Source: Planctomycetota bacterium (GTDB taxonomy: Bacteria > Planctomycetota > UBA8108 > UBA1146). From it: a stretch of DNA of 15,599 nt. Each line of letters opens with the position of its first letter. Within the stretch, counting starts at the first letter, position 1. Location: contig JAYZBV010000055.1 in the NCBI GenBank assembly GCA_036338595.1, positions 1 through 15,599 on the forward strand, given 5' to 3'. Positions 8,501 through 15,218 of this stretch are shown here, in pieces. Under the pieces are notes generated by a model. It saw only the letters and a program-made list of their open reading frames with translations. It was not told the DNA's origin and ran no database searches. Made by a program: the position numbers and the translations under genes.

Positions 8501-9851
8501 CGGTCTCGCCCGGGTCCTTCAATCGCGGACAGATCCTGCGCAGTTGTTCCTCATATTTTCGAAACAACTCGGAATCGAGTCCCATCGAAAGGGCTAGTTG
8601 TTCGACGATCGAACGAAACGGATGGTAGGCATCGCGAACCGATTCATGACAGTTACCGCCAAAGAGCGGCACCTCTCTCAATTTCAGGTGGTGACTAAAC
8701 TCGTCGATGAGGCGCGATTTTCCGATTCCAATCTCTCCTGATATCAGCATCAGAGGCCGACTCAGGTCTGCAGGACGGTGCTTCCCACCATCGCGTAGTG
8801 AAAGACCCAGGTTGCGCTCTGCGCTCTCCCTGAGGTGTTCCAGTTCAAGGCGGCGCCCCACCAATCTGCTGCTGTGCAGGTAGGAGAGTTGCGTTTCAGC
8901 GGTCTCCACCTGCCAGTGTTGCCCCGCCCCTGCACTGAGTGCATGGATGATCTCTCGGGCACTGGAAAATCTGTCCTCGGGATCCTTTTCGAGCAACCGC
9001 AAGACGATCTCTATCAGATACTCCGGCTCACCTTTCAGGTCCGCACGCATCTCTTCGCGCCAGTTCCCACCAGAACGACCGGTCGTGGAACCGTCTGCCG
9101 CAACAAATGGCAAGCGACCGGTCAGGATCTGATGGAGCGAAACACCGAAGGAGTAGAGGTCGGCTCTCCTGTCGGGAGTGCCTCCATCGATGATCTCGGG
9201 AGCCACATAGTGCAGGGTTCCCTTGATGGCAAAATCAAAGGTCCCGGAGATCTTCTCTGCGAGTCCGAAATCGATCAACTTCGCACGCGGGGGTCCAAGG
9301 CACCGGTCGGTAGAAGCGGGTTGGTCCTCGACCTGGACGATTTTCGATGTTTCATCTTCGCCAATTTGCCGCGATCGCGTCACGAGGATGTTATCTGGCT
9401 TGATATCGAAATGAACATAGCCCTGGGAATGGGTGTATTCCAGAGCCCTGCAGATCTGTACGACTATATCCAGAAACTCCTGCTCCTCGAAGGTCGTGGA
9501 TGCGCCGAGAAGATCGTCTCCGCGAATGAACTCGCTGACGATGAACCAGTCGTGGCTGTCGGAAACCCTGCCGAAATCATGCACTCTCGCCAGATTCGGA
9601 TGGCGTAATCTGGTCAGCGCCTCGTACTCGACCTTGGACCATTCCCCCGAATCCTCGACTCGATCGGATCGAAGTAACTTGAGGGCAACCTTGCGCCGCA
9701 CCTGGAGGATGTCCTCGCACAGGAACACGGTACCCATCGCTCCGGCACCGAGCTGCCGCAGCACCCGATACCTGCCGTTGATGCAATCTCCTGCGCTGAA
9801 GGAACCCATGATGACCCCGGGAACGGGGCTCCAGGGCGTCGCAAACGACAC
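5580..9851 (-). CDS. Multidomain Ser/Thr protein kinase: Hanks kinase + AAA_16/STAND-like NTPase + TPR repeats + C-terminal GAF-like domain
   Basis: Kinase motifs LGAGAMGTV, VALK, HPNL, HFDIKPDN, DFG, GTLHYVAPE, ADLYSFG. NTPase motifs 'LVGR..EL', Walker A GEIGIGKS, 'LHWAD', 'TGGNPLF'. Ala-rich TPR helices. GAF-like end 'SLAVIPL...VRAVAYL'. Start could alternatively be the ATG at 9809. Confidence 0.92.
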   Translation of the reverse strand: MSFATPWSPVPGVIMGSFSAGDCINGRYRVLRQLGAGAMGTVFLCEDILQVRRKVALKLLRSDRVEDSGEWSKVEYEALTRLRHPNLARVHDFGRVSDSHDWFIVSEFIRGDDLLGASTTFEEQEFLDIVVQICRALEYTHSQGYVHFDIKPDNILVTRSRQIGEDETSKIVQVEDQPASTDRCLGPPRAKLIDFGLAEKISGTFDFAIKGTLHYVAPEIIDGGTPDRRADLYSFGVSLHQILTGRLPFVAADGSTTGRSGGNWREEMRADLKGEPEYLIEIVLRLLEKDPEDRFSSAREIIHALSAGAGQHWQVETAETQLSYLHSSRLVGRRLELEHLRESAERNLGLSLRDGGKHRPADLSRPLMLISGEIGIGKSRLIDEFSHHLKLREVPLFGGNCHESVRDAYHPFRSIVEQLALSMGLDSELFRKYEEQLRRICPRLKDPGETVVQESGDRPDRDRVRFMDRIAAFLEEASAIHPCVLVLNNLHWADDPSIALLSRLMQRLQRDGSCGRIFIVVTIRDDEKRSAVTTEFLDGVRESSVVDDLKLKRFGRTQITELIHHVLQVEEIPSTFLDRLEERTGGNPLFIVEMLKVLQEEGIIQRQGEAWSIRGGGDLARVELPAGIHQVLHRRVKVISEESRSILRLISLHGRPVPLRLIEAIDGLGEGLRQQIRELEERGMIGRSLEGGRPVYSIQQPKLREIVSRDIPPSEGRRLHGMLADAIEQHHHEDLDPVREELSHHYQLSDHPERALEHLLAAGDAMKEMHAHSKALEHYRGALLQIEQREERVVDWFAIHERIGDAATVVGELDLAQSSLEIIQETRIEPEALTVELDLCRVRALRKLGKIDEIRGDYPGALRLVREASEVVSRLEGGDRDGEQLRVLSQLAWLQVCIGDYDRAMKISGEGLSLAGDEEKSAEHAIFFSCIGSASLCRGEVDQARDFHRRAMEIREDLGDVPAMISSLNSLSEAYLAAGEPIEALELAQQAMEMADEVGDLSGRAIALHREAEVLLICGDLDAAEQRIEASLEISQDQRMRFLGVRNHLARGRIRRFRADRRGAEGDLLRALGVHARAGTGIGLVECLLELAELHIEGGESSRADEELERATTVLADLSHVGFEGKARLLRARWLRKNGGDSATALELLAEAENSGRDCGDRPLRAAALLEQAELHIESRNLEESRRCYQEADDLHQAFAERLPHALRDHYLTSNHIGEGPAGEGTAREIPSEEPVSDPIQRDSAKGGEVEVSDPESHSEEMLRVASLLTEAASASLPRVLIPKALACMVRAAGASQGWVLVRRGDEVRVICAADSAGAPLKGFHERLALAAVEDVWESGKSILAARIVDEPRVQAMEELYISGVQSLAVIPLRADGAVRAVAYLADPEPATLSSGRGKTLLETHAGLLGLLLPRNNQVSAGS

Positions 9852-9990
9852 CTACCGTTCCTGGATAAGAATACGACGAAATCGACGATGTGGCCGATGC
9901 CCGGCAACCACGGATCCGCATGACTGGAGGCTACTGGAGCCAATTGGCGAGGAGGAGCACCTCAATGACGGTTGAGGGCAGATGCTTCGA

Positions 9991-10518
9991 TCAACGAATC
10001 TGCCTGAACGGGTCCTCCCGGTCGAGTTCGGAGCGTAGCTTGTCGATCTTCGAGATCCACTCCTGGGTTGCGTCTCGGACCAGGGTCTTCATCTCCAGAT
10101 CGAGCGCCGTTGCATCCAGCACGCGCGACAGGTCATCCGCTGCTTCCCCGAGCACCCCGATGGCAATCCCTTGCCAGTAGTTTTTCTCCTGCGCTGCATC
10201 GGTACCTCGAGAGCGACGGATGTAATCGGCGGCACGATCATCGACCCAGAATTGCACGCGCTGAAGCGTGATCTGAGCCTCCTTGATGGTCATCGGTGGC
10301 GTGTACCCCTTGACATCACGAATCTGTTGCACCTGGTCCACATTCAATCCTCCGGAACCGCCAACAGGCATACCGACAATACCGAGCAAGATGGCCACCA
10401 GCACCGGCATGACGATGGCCGCTACAACTCCCAGAGTGAGATCACCGAAATCCAGTTGATCTGAATCGTCCTGGATGGGCGCCTTGGGTGCTGGACGTGG
10501 AGGGGACTTTTTTGCCAC
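9991..10518 (-). CDS. Hypothetical single-pass membrane protein (~175 aa)
   Basis: Lys/Pro-rich N-terminus, TM 'LTLGVVAAIVMPVLVAILLGIVGM', helical C-domain. Preferred start is the GTG at 10518 (SD GAGGA, 4 nt after the upstream stop) rather than 10563. Confidence 0.75.
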   Translation of the reverse strand: MAKKSPPRPAPKAPIQDDSDQLDFGDLTLGVVAAIVMPVLVAILLGIVGMPVGGSGGLNVDQVQQIRDVKGYTPPMTIKEAQITLQRVQFWVDDRAADYIRRSRGTDAAQEKNYWQGIAIGVLGEAADDLSRVLDATALDLEMKTLVRDATQEWISKIDKLRSELDREDPFRQIR

Positions 10519-10522
10519 TGAA

Positions 10523-11068
10523 CTAATCCTCGACATCCCAGTCTCCATCGAGAGGAGCAACATGGATCAGGTCATTGATGAGCGTCTGCAATTGCGTGAA
10601 ATCTATGTTGTACCCCGAGTACTCATCCGGCAGTGCGCCCTCTGGGTTTCTGACAGGCGCGGTCATTGCCCTGAGCATATCGAGAGTCGTGCCTGCGTAT
10701 TCGTTTGCCTCTGTCCACTTCCTGGAAAAGCGCTCGGTATCATCATCACTGCGGAGCTGGACAACCTCTCGCACGAGCGTCTTGGACTGGATGATCCGGC
10801 GCTTGATGATGTTGTACTCCGTGTTGGTGTCGGTTTCGATCACCACCGTATTGACCTCGTCGGAGCGATTTACCAGCGAATAGACGAAGAAGACACCCGA
10901 GACGAGGAACAGGACCAGGGTCCCGATGACAACCCCTGGATGAGCACCCTTCTTGGCCGGTGGCCTGAAAGCTGGGCGTCCATCCTGTGACGATCGATCT
11001 GCTTCGGAAGATCGAGCATCTCGATTGCTGGAACCCGCGCGAGGCGGGCGTCTCCGGGCGCTGGACAT
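10523..11068 (-). CDS. Hypothetical single-pass membrane protein (~181 aa)
   Basis: Arg/Ser/Pro-rich N-terminus, TM 'VVIGTLVLFLVSGVFFVYSLV', helical C-domain. Preferred start is the ATG at 11068 with SD GGGAGGG 7 nt upstream. Confidence 0.78.
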   Translation of the reverse strand: MSSARRRPPRAGSSNRDARSSEADRSSQDGRPAFRPPAKKGAHPGVVIGTLVLFLVSGVFFVYSLVNRSDEVNTVVIETDTNTEYNIIKRRIIQSKTLVREVVQLRSDDDTERFSRKWTEANEYAGTTLDMLRAMTAPVRNPEGALPDEYSGYNIDFTQLQTLINDLIHVAPLDGDWDVED

Positions 11069-11161
11069 CTTCATTCCCTCCCGGGAATCGATGCGCCACT
11101 CCACGAAGGTCCCCGTGCGCATCGTCCCGATCACTGATGGTAGCCAGCGGTCCTCACAGCG

Positions 11162-12184
11162 TCAACGCACACCCACTGGTGAAGATGCGCAAAGAACCCA
11201 ACTATCACTCCTGGAGTTCATTTCCTGGCATACCAGGCCCTGAGGGCTGGCTCCCTGAGATGGCAACATGAAGCGCACATCGCCCTCGCCAAGTGGTGAT
11301 TCATGGCCCTTGAGGTGCAGTTGACCCTGCAATACGACGACGATGGAGAAGCAGCGCGGATCCGCAGGCCAACGGCCTTGAAACTCACCCCGTAACTCAT
11401 CGAGAAGAATGGGTCCATCACAGATGGGACGCCACCAACCCTGATCCTCTGCTGGCCTACCGATCGGTCCTGGATCGCTGGATGGAGGAGTAGTGGTCAT
11501 CAGCACCTGGTCGAGATGCAACTGGCGCGGCTTTCCATCGAGTCCCACACGTCCACCGTCATCGACACGCCAGGTCACATCTGATGATTGCTGGATCTCT
11601 GCCAGCAGCACTCCAGCTCCGATCGAGTGGATCGTTCCGGCGGGAAGATGGATGATGTCTCCTCGATGGATCGGGTGTTCTCGAAGCGCCCTGGAGATGT
11701 CCTGCCCAGATCTGGCCAGTTCCACCAGGCTCTCCACATTCCAGTCCTCCTTCAAACCGACCTGGAGAGTGGCACCGGGTATCGCATCGAGGATGATCCA
11801 CGCCTCACTCTTTCCCCAATGGCCCAGACCCAGCCGCCTTGCGAGCTGGTCATCGGGGTGGACCTGCACCGATAGATCCTGCGCAGCATCGATGAACTTG
11901 AAGAGCAAGGGAAGTCTGGGCGGCGAAATGCCATCTGCGATCTGACCGAGGACGCGCTCGGGATCCGCTTCTATCAGACTCCGTAATGTCTGCCCCGCAT
12001 CGGAGCCCTCCACAACGACAGAATGCAGCGATGCGTCATCTTCTCCAACATCAGAGACCTCCCAGCATTCCCCGATGGGAGGCAACGCATCCAGGTGGGG
12101 GCGGAGTTGTGCGAGCCGTCGGTCGCCTCCCCACGGCTTCCTCAACCCGATCGGCCTCAGATGGAGCAACTCCTGGCGCTGCAT
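11162..12184 (-). CDS. manA: Type I mannose-6-phosphate isomerase (cupin), ~340 aa
   Basis: 'KPWGG', 'IGECWE', 'PLLFKFIDAAQDLSVQVHPDD', 'GKSEAW', 'PAGTIHSIG', 'EIQQSSDVT.R', 'RQLH'. True start is taken as the ATG at 12184, overlapping the recN stop (TGATG). Confidence 0.88.
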   Translation of the reverse strand: MQRQELLHLRPIGLRKPWGGDRRLAQLRPHLDALPPIGECWEVSDVGEDDASLHSVVVEGSDAGQTLRSLIEADPERVLGQIADGISPPRLPLLFKFIDAAQDLSVQVHPDDQLARRLGLGHWGKSEAWIILDAIPGATLQVGLKEDWNVESLVELARSGQDISRALREHPIHRGDIIHLPAGTIHSIGAGVLLAEIQQSSDVTWRVDDGGRVGLDGKPRQLHLDQVLMTTTPPSSDPGPIGRPAEDQGWWRPICDGPILLDELRGEFQGRWPADPRCFSIVVVLQGQLHLKGHESPLGEGDVRFMLPSQGASPQGLVCQEMNSRSDSWVLCASSPVGVR

Positions 12185-13887
12185 CAACGATCTGTTTCCG
12201 GTTCCAGGATCTGAGCCTCCTCGAGCATCTCGCTCGCTTCCGCAACGGACCTCTCGGTGGCTCGATCGCCTCTCAGCATCATCGCCAGTTCCTGAATCCT
12301 CTGGTCTCCAGAAACCTCCTCGATGCATGTTCGGGTCTGCTCGCCATGCATCTCCTTGATCACGCGATGATGTCGAGTGCCATGACATGCGACTTGCGGC
12401 AGATGAGTGACACAGAGCACCTGGTGATCCCGGCCGATCTGTTTCAACTTTTCGCCGATGGCATCTCCCAGTCTGCCACCCACGCCGGAGTCGATCTCGT
12501 CGAAAACAAGGGTTCCCGTATTCGAGGAACCCGCAAGCACTCGTTGCAGGGCGAGCATCAGACGTGACAGTTCTCCACCACTGGCAACATTTCCAATCGA
12601 TCGCATTTCTTCACCCGGATTGGCACAAAACAGCATCTCGAAATGATCCGCTCCTCGCTCGTCCATCCCATTCCAGCCGATTCCAGAATCGAGTGGCTGA
12701 AGCGACCCCTCGAGCCTCGCTTTGGACAGCCCCAGATCGGCAAGGTCAACGCAGACCTGCTCGACCATCTTGGCCACCACACCGGACCTTGCCTCGTGTA
12801 AACTCTCCACGCCTTCGCGGAGGCGTGAAACACATCGCTGCAGGCCTTCGCGCAACTCTGGCAACTCCTCGTCCGCTCCACCGAGCAGATCCAGTTCCTT
12901 GCGGCACTCCTCTCGATACTCCATCAGATCGGTGCCGGATCGGTGATATCGGTGCTCGAGGGTGACCAGTTGATCGACCCGTTGCCGTTTTTGCTCGAGC
13001 ACTTCCGGATCGAGATCGAGGCTCGATTCCACTTCGGAGAGCCCTCTCAGGGCATCCCCGAGGAGGATCGAGGACTCGCGGCAGCTCTGAACCATCGACT
13101 CGATTCCCGGGTGAAGCGTGGTCATCGCCTGAAGATCTCTGCCCGTTTCGCCGATCTGGTCCAGGATACTGTTCTCCTGCTCCTCGAAGCGATGTCGTAC
13201 CGATTCGATGGAAGCGAGTAATCGATCGCGGTCCTCCAGCAAGACCAGTTCCTGCTCCAGATTTTCCCGTTCATCCCCGGACAACTCTGCTTCGTCCAGT
13301 TCCCTCAGGATGTGTTCCAGGAACAGACAGCGGTCACTTCTCTCCCTGACCCCGTCTTCGATGTGGAGGACTTTCCGTTCCAGCTCGCGTGCTTCCAGCC
13401 ATGCATGGGTGTGCTGCTGGCGCAGTTCCAGCAGTCCGCCAAAGCGATCGAGCAGGTCCAGCTGCGCACCGGGCTGCACCAATGTGAGGGCGTGCCCCTG
13501 CCCGATCACATCGATCAATATCGGCGCGATGCGCCTGAGCAGTGTCGCTGTGGTTTCCCTGCCATCGATACGGCATCTGCTTCGACCTTCTCGTCTGACC
13601 TCACGCTCGATGACCAGTTCGCCATCCTCGATGTCAGTTCCGATCAGTTCGGAGATCCGCATGGCGACCGGCTCGTCGAGTTGAAAGATGCCAGCGACCT
13701 TGGCGCGATCTGCCCAGCGACCCACGAGATCCGAGCGTGTTCTCTCACCACGCAAGATCGCCATCGAGGCCAGAAGCATCGACTTTCCGACACCTGTCTC
13801 GCCCGTGAGGACCTGAAGACCCGGTCCCATCTCCAGTCCGGCATGTTCGATGAGCCCGAGGTTCTCGATCGAGAGATGGACCAGCAC
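12184..13887 (-). CDS. recN: DNA repair protein RecN
   Basis: Walker A 'LTGETGVGKS', Q-loop 'IGQG', 'LDLLDRFG', coiled coil, 'NPGE', signature 'ASGGELSRLMLA', Walker B 'VFDEIDSGVGG', 'VTHLPQVA'. 567 aa; SD AAGGAG. Confidence 0.96.
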   Translation of the reverse strand: MLVHLSIENLGLIEHAGLEMGPGLQVLTGETGVGKSMLLASMAILRGERTRSDLVGRWADRAKVAGIFQLDEPVAMRISELIGTDIEDGELVIEREVRREGRSRCRIDGRETTATLLRRIAPILIDVIGQGHALTLVQPGAQLDLLDRFGGLLELRQQHTHAWLEARELERKVLHIEDGVRERSDRCLFLEHILRELDEAELSGDERENLEQELVLLEDRDRLLASIESVRHRFEEQENSILDQIGETGRDLQAMTTLHPGIESMVQSCRESSILLGDALRGLSEVESSLDLDPEVLEQKRQRVDQLVTLEHRYHRSGTDLMEYREECRKELDLLGGADEELPELREGLQRCVSRLREGVESLHEARSGVVAKMVEQVCVDLADLGLSKARLEGSLQPLDSGIGWNGMDERGADHFEMLFCANPGEEMRSIGNVASGGELSRLMLALQRVLAGSSNTGTLVFDEIDSGVGGRLGDAIGEKLKQIGRDHQVLCVTHLPQVACHGTRHHRVIKEMHGEQTRTCIEEVSGDQRIQELAMMLRGDRATERSVAEASEMLEEAQILEPETDR

Positions 13888-13902
13888 TGAACGCTCTCCT
13901 TC

Positions 13903-14265
13903 TCAGTGAGCCTGGGAACCGGGAGCGACCTTGCCGTCGGGACCGATGAGCCGCACGACTCCCTCGTCCTCGACTGCCAGCAGCATCCCTTGCGATGTCT
14001 CCCCGCGGATCGTTGCGGGCTGGAGATTCCATACCACCATGATGGTCCGACCAAGCAGTTCGTCTCGGGTGTAGTGAGCACGCACACCTGCAACGATCTG
14101 GCGCTTCTCATCTCCGCCGTCGATGGTCAGCAGCCAGAGTCGGTCCGCTTTCGGATGCGGCACCACCTCGAGCACCGTGGCGGTTCGCAGCTGCACCCTG
14201 GCAAAGTCATCGATGCTGATCAGATCGGTCTCCGATGTGGTTTCAGATCCGGTCTCGGAAGTCAT
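13903..14265 (-). CDS. Stand-alone tRNA-binding OB-fold protein (Trbp111/CsaA/MetRS C-terminal-like)
   Basis: 'ISIDDFARVQLR', 'HPKADRL', 'RQIVAGVR..Y..DEL.G', 'NLQPATIRGETSQGMLLA'. The ATG at 14265 fits SD AAGGGG spacing better than 14271. Confidence 0.88.
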   Translation of the reverse strand: MTSETGSETTSETDLISIDDFARVQLRTATVLEVVPHPKADRLWLLTIDGGDEKRQIVAGVRAHYTRDELLGRTIMVVWNLQPATIRGETSQGMLLAVEDEGVVRLIGPDGKVAPGSQAH

Positions 14266-14305
14266 GAGCATACCCCTTCTGGCTGGTCCGTTGATCGAGA
14301 TGACC

Positions 14306-14334
14306 GTTCTAAGGGGCTACCACTGCAGGTGCAA
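14306..14334 (-). promoter_or_regulatory. Putative sigma70-type promoter for the tRNA-binding/recN/manA unit
   Basis: TTGCAC (14334-14329), 17-bp spacer, TAGAAC (14311-14306), directly after the upstream terminator. The -10 lacks the final T. Confidence 0.35.
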
Positions 14335-14340
14335 TCCCGG

Positions 14341-14380
14341 GATGAAAAGGAGCCTGCGAACATCTCGGTGCGCAGGCTCC
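14341..14380 (-). terminator. Rho-independent terminator after the FlgM-like gene
   Basis: Perfect 10-bp inverted repeat GGAGCCTGCG/CGCAGGCTCC (14349-14358, 14371-14380), followed on the minus strand by TTTTCATC. Confidence 0.75.
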
Positions 14381-14412
14381 AGAATTCAGGATGAAAGTGT
14401 CACCGGTCAGCT

Positions 14413-14736
14413 CTAGAGACCCTCCTCCAGAAGGTTGTCGATGATCTGCTGGATTCGAGCCTCGTCGGCAGGATCAAAGCCCTGGTTGGCAATCCGATCC
14501 AGTTCGCTGCCTGCCTCGACCTGCTGATCTCCCAGTTCACGGATCTTGTCGAGCCACCGCGCAGACTCCGGGCCCGGATCAAAACTGTCACCGTCGCCCA
14601 TTCCAGCGACGGTACCGCCGCCGTCCTTGGCACCGTCAAGGCCTCCTGCTCCCTCAGTCTTGGGAGTTGGCTCTGGCCGTGCCGGTCCATCAGGACCGCC
14701 AACTGAACCGATTCCATCCACTCCTTCTGTCACCAT
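14413..14736 (-). CDS. Small acidic protein, putative divergent FlgM (anti-sigma28)-like
   Basis: 107 aa with a disordered Gly/Pro-rich N-half, then 'DSFDPGPESARWLDKIREL...IANQGF...IIDNLLEE', which resembles the FlgM C-terminal helices. SD AGAGGGG; sigma28-like promoter upstream. The gene is probably real, but its function is inferred. Confidence 0.55.
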   Translation of the reverse strand: MVTEGVDGIGSVGGPDGPARPEPTPKTEGAGGLDGAKDGGGTVAGMGDGDSFDPGPESARWLDKIRELGDQQVEAGSELDRIANQGFDPADEARIQQIIDNLLEEGL

Positions 14737-14838
14737 GGGAAAACCCCTCTTCCCTCCGAGGCTGCTAAAACTGGTTCCAAGCAGGGTCCCTCGAACTCCC
14801 TACCCTCCGCGAGACCCATAAATCGGTCTCTGTAAAAT

Positions 14839-14866
14839 AGATCGGGTGCAGTTCGGCAAGACTTGA
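14839..14866 (-). promoter_or_regulatory. Putative sigma28 (FliA/SigD)-type promoter
   Basis: TCAAG (14866-14862), 15 nt, CCCGATCT (14846-14839), compared with the consensus T(A/C)AA-N15/16-GCCGATAA. It lies about 100 nt upstream of the FlgM-like ATG. Confidence 0.5.
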
Positions 14867-15046
14867 ACACATTCCGAAAAAAATCTGAAGCCCTGTCCAG
14901 ATTCACTGCCGGAGATCGTACACACCTGCCAAAACCTCGCAACCCCTTACTGCACATGGAGTTCGGAAGGCGTTACCAGAGCGAGACTTGGGCCGAAAAA
15001 CGGTGCCAGGGGAACACTGACGAACGCAAGATGGGCTCCTGGGCCC

Positions 15047-15084
15047 AAAAAAAACGAGACCTCCCCCGGACCTTCCGGGGGAGG
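15047..15084 (-). terminator. Rho-independent terminator downstream of the right-edge gene
   Basis: 11-bp perfect stem CCTCCCCCGGA/TCCGGGGGAGG (15084-15060), then TCTCG and T8 on the minus strand. Confidence 0.8.
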
Positions 15085-15218
15085 CACCTGATTCGGTGCC
15101 CCCGAGTACGCACGCGCGGGACCCGCGTATCGCGCGACGCACCACGAAATGGGGAGCACTGTCAAAGGTCTTCAGGGATTCTCGTCGACCTTGCGTCGGC
15201 GAGGATCGCTGCGCTCGT

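Noticed and set aside
12185..12388. 68-aa N-terminal extension of ManA given by the ORF track
   Set aside because: It overlaps recN by about 200 bp. PMI similarity starts at MQRQELL, whose ATG couples to the recN stop.
14811..14830. Paired BsaI sites (GAGACC...GGTCTC) as a sign of engineered Golden Gate DNA
   Set aside because: No vector, marker or other synthetic features are nearby; a natural 6-bp inverted repeat explains it.
15137..15165. Perfect TTGACA on the minus strand as a promoter -35
   Set aside because: No acceptable -10 hexamer lies 16-18 bp downstream.
14870..15218. tRNA-Sec, SRP RNA, 6S RNA or c-di-GMP riboswitch in the large intergenic region
   Set aside because: I could not find a cloverleaf, T-loop or the diagnostic conserved motifs by eye; an Rfam scan is needed to exclude them firmly.
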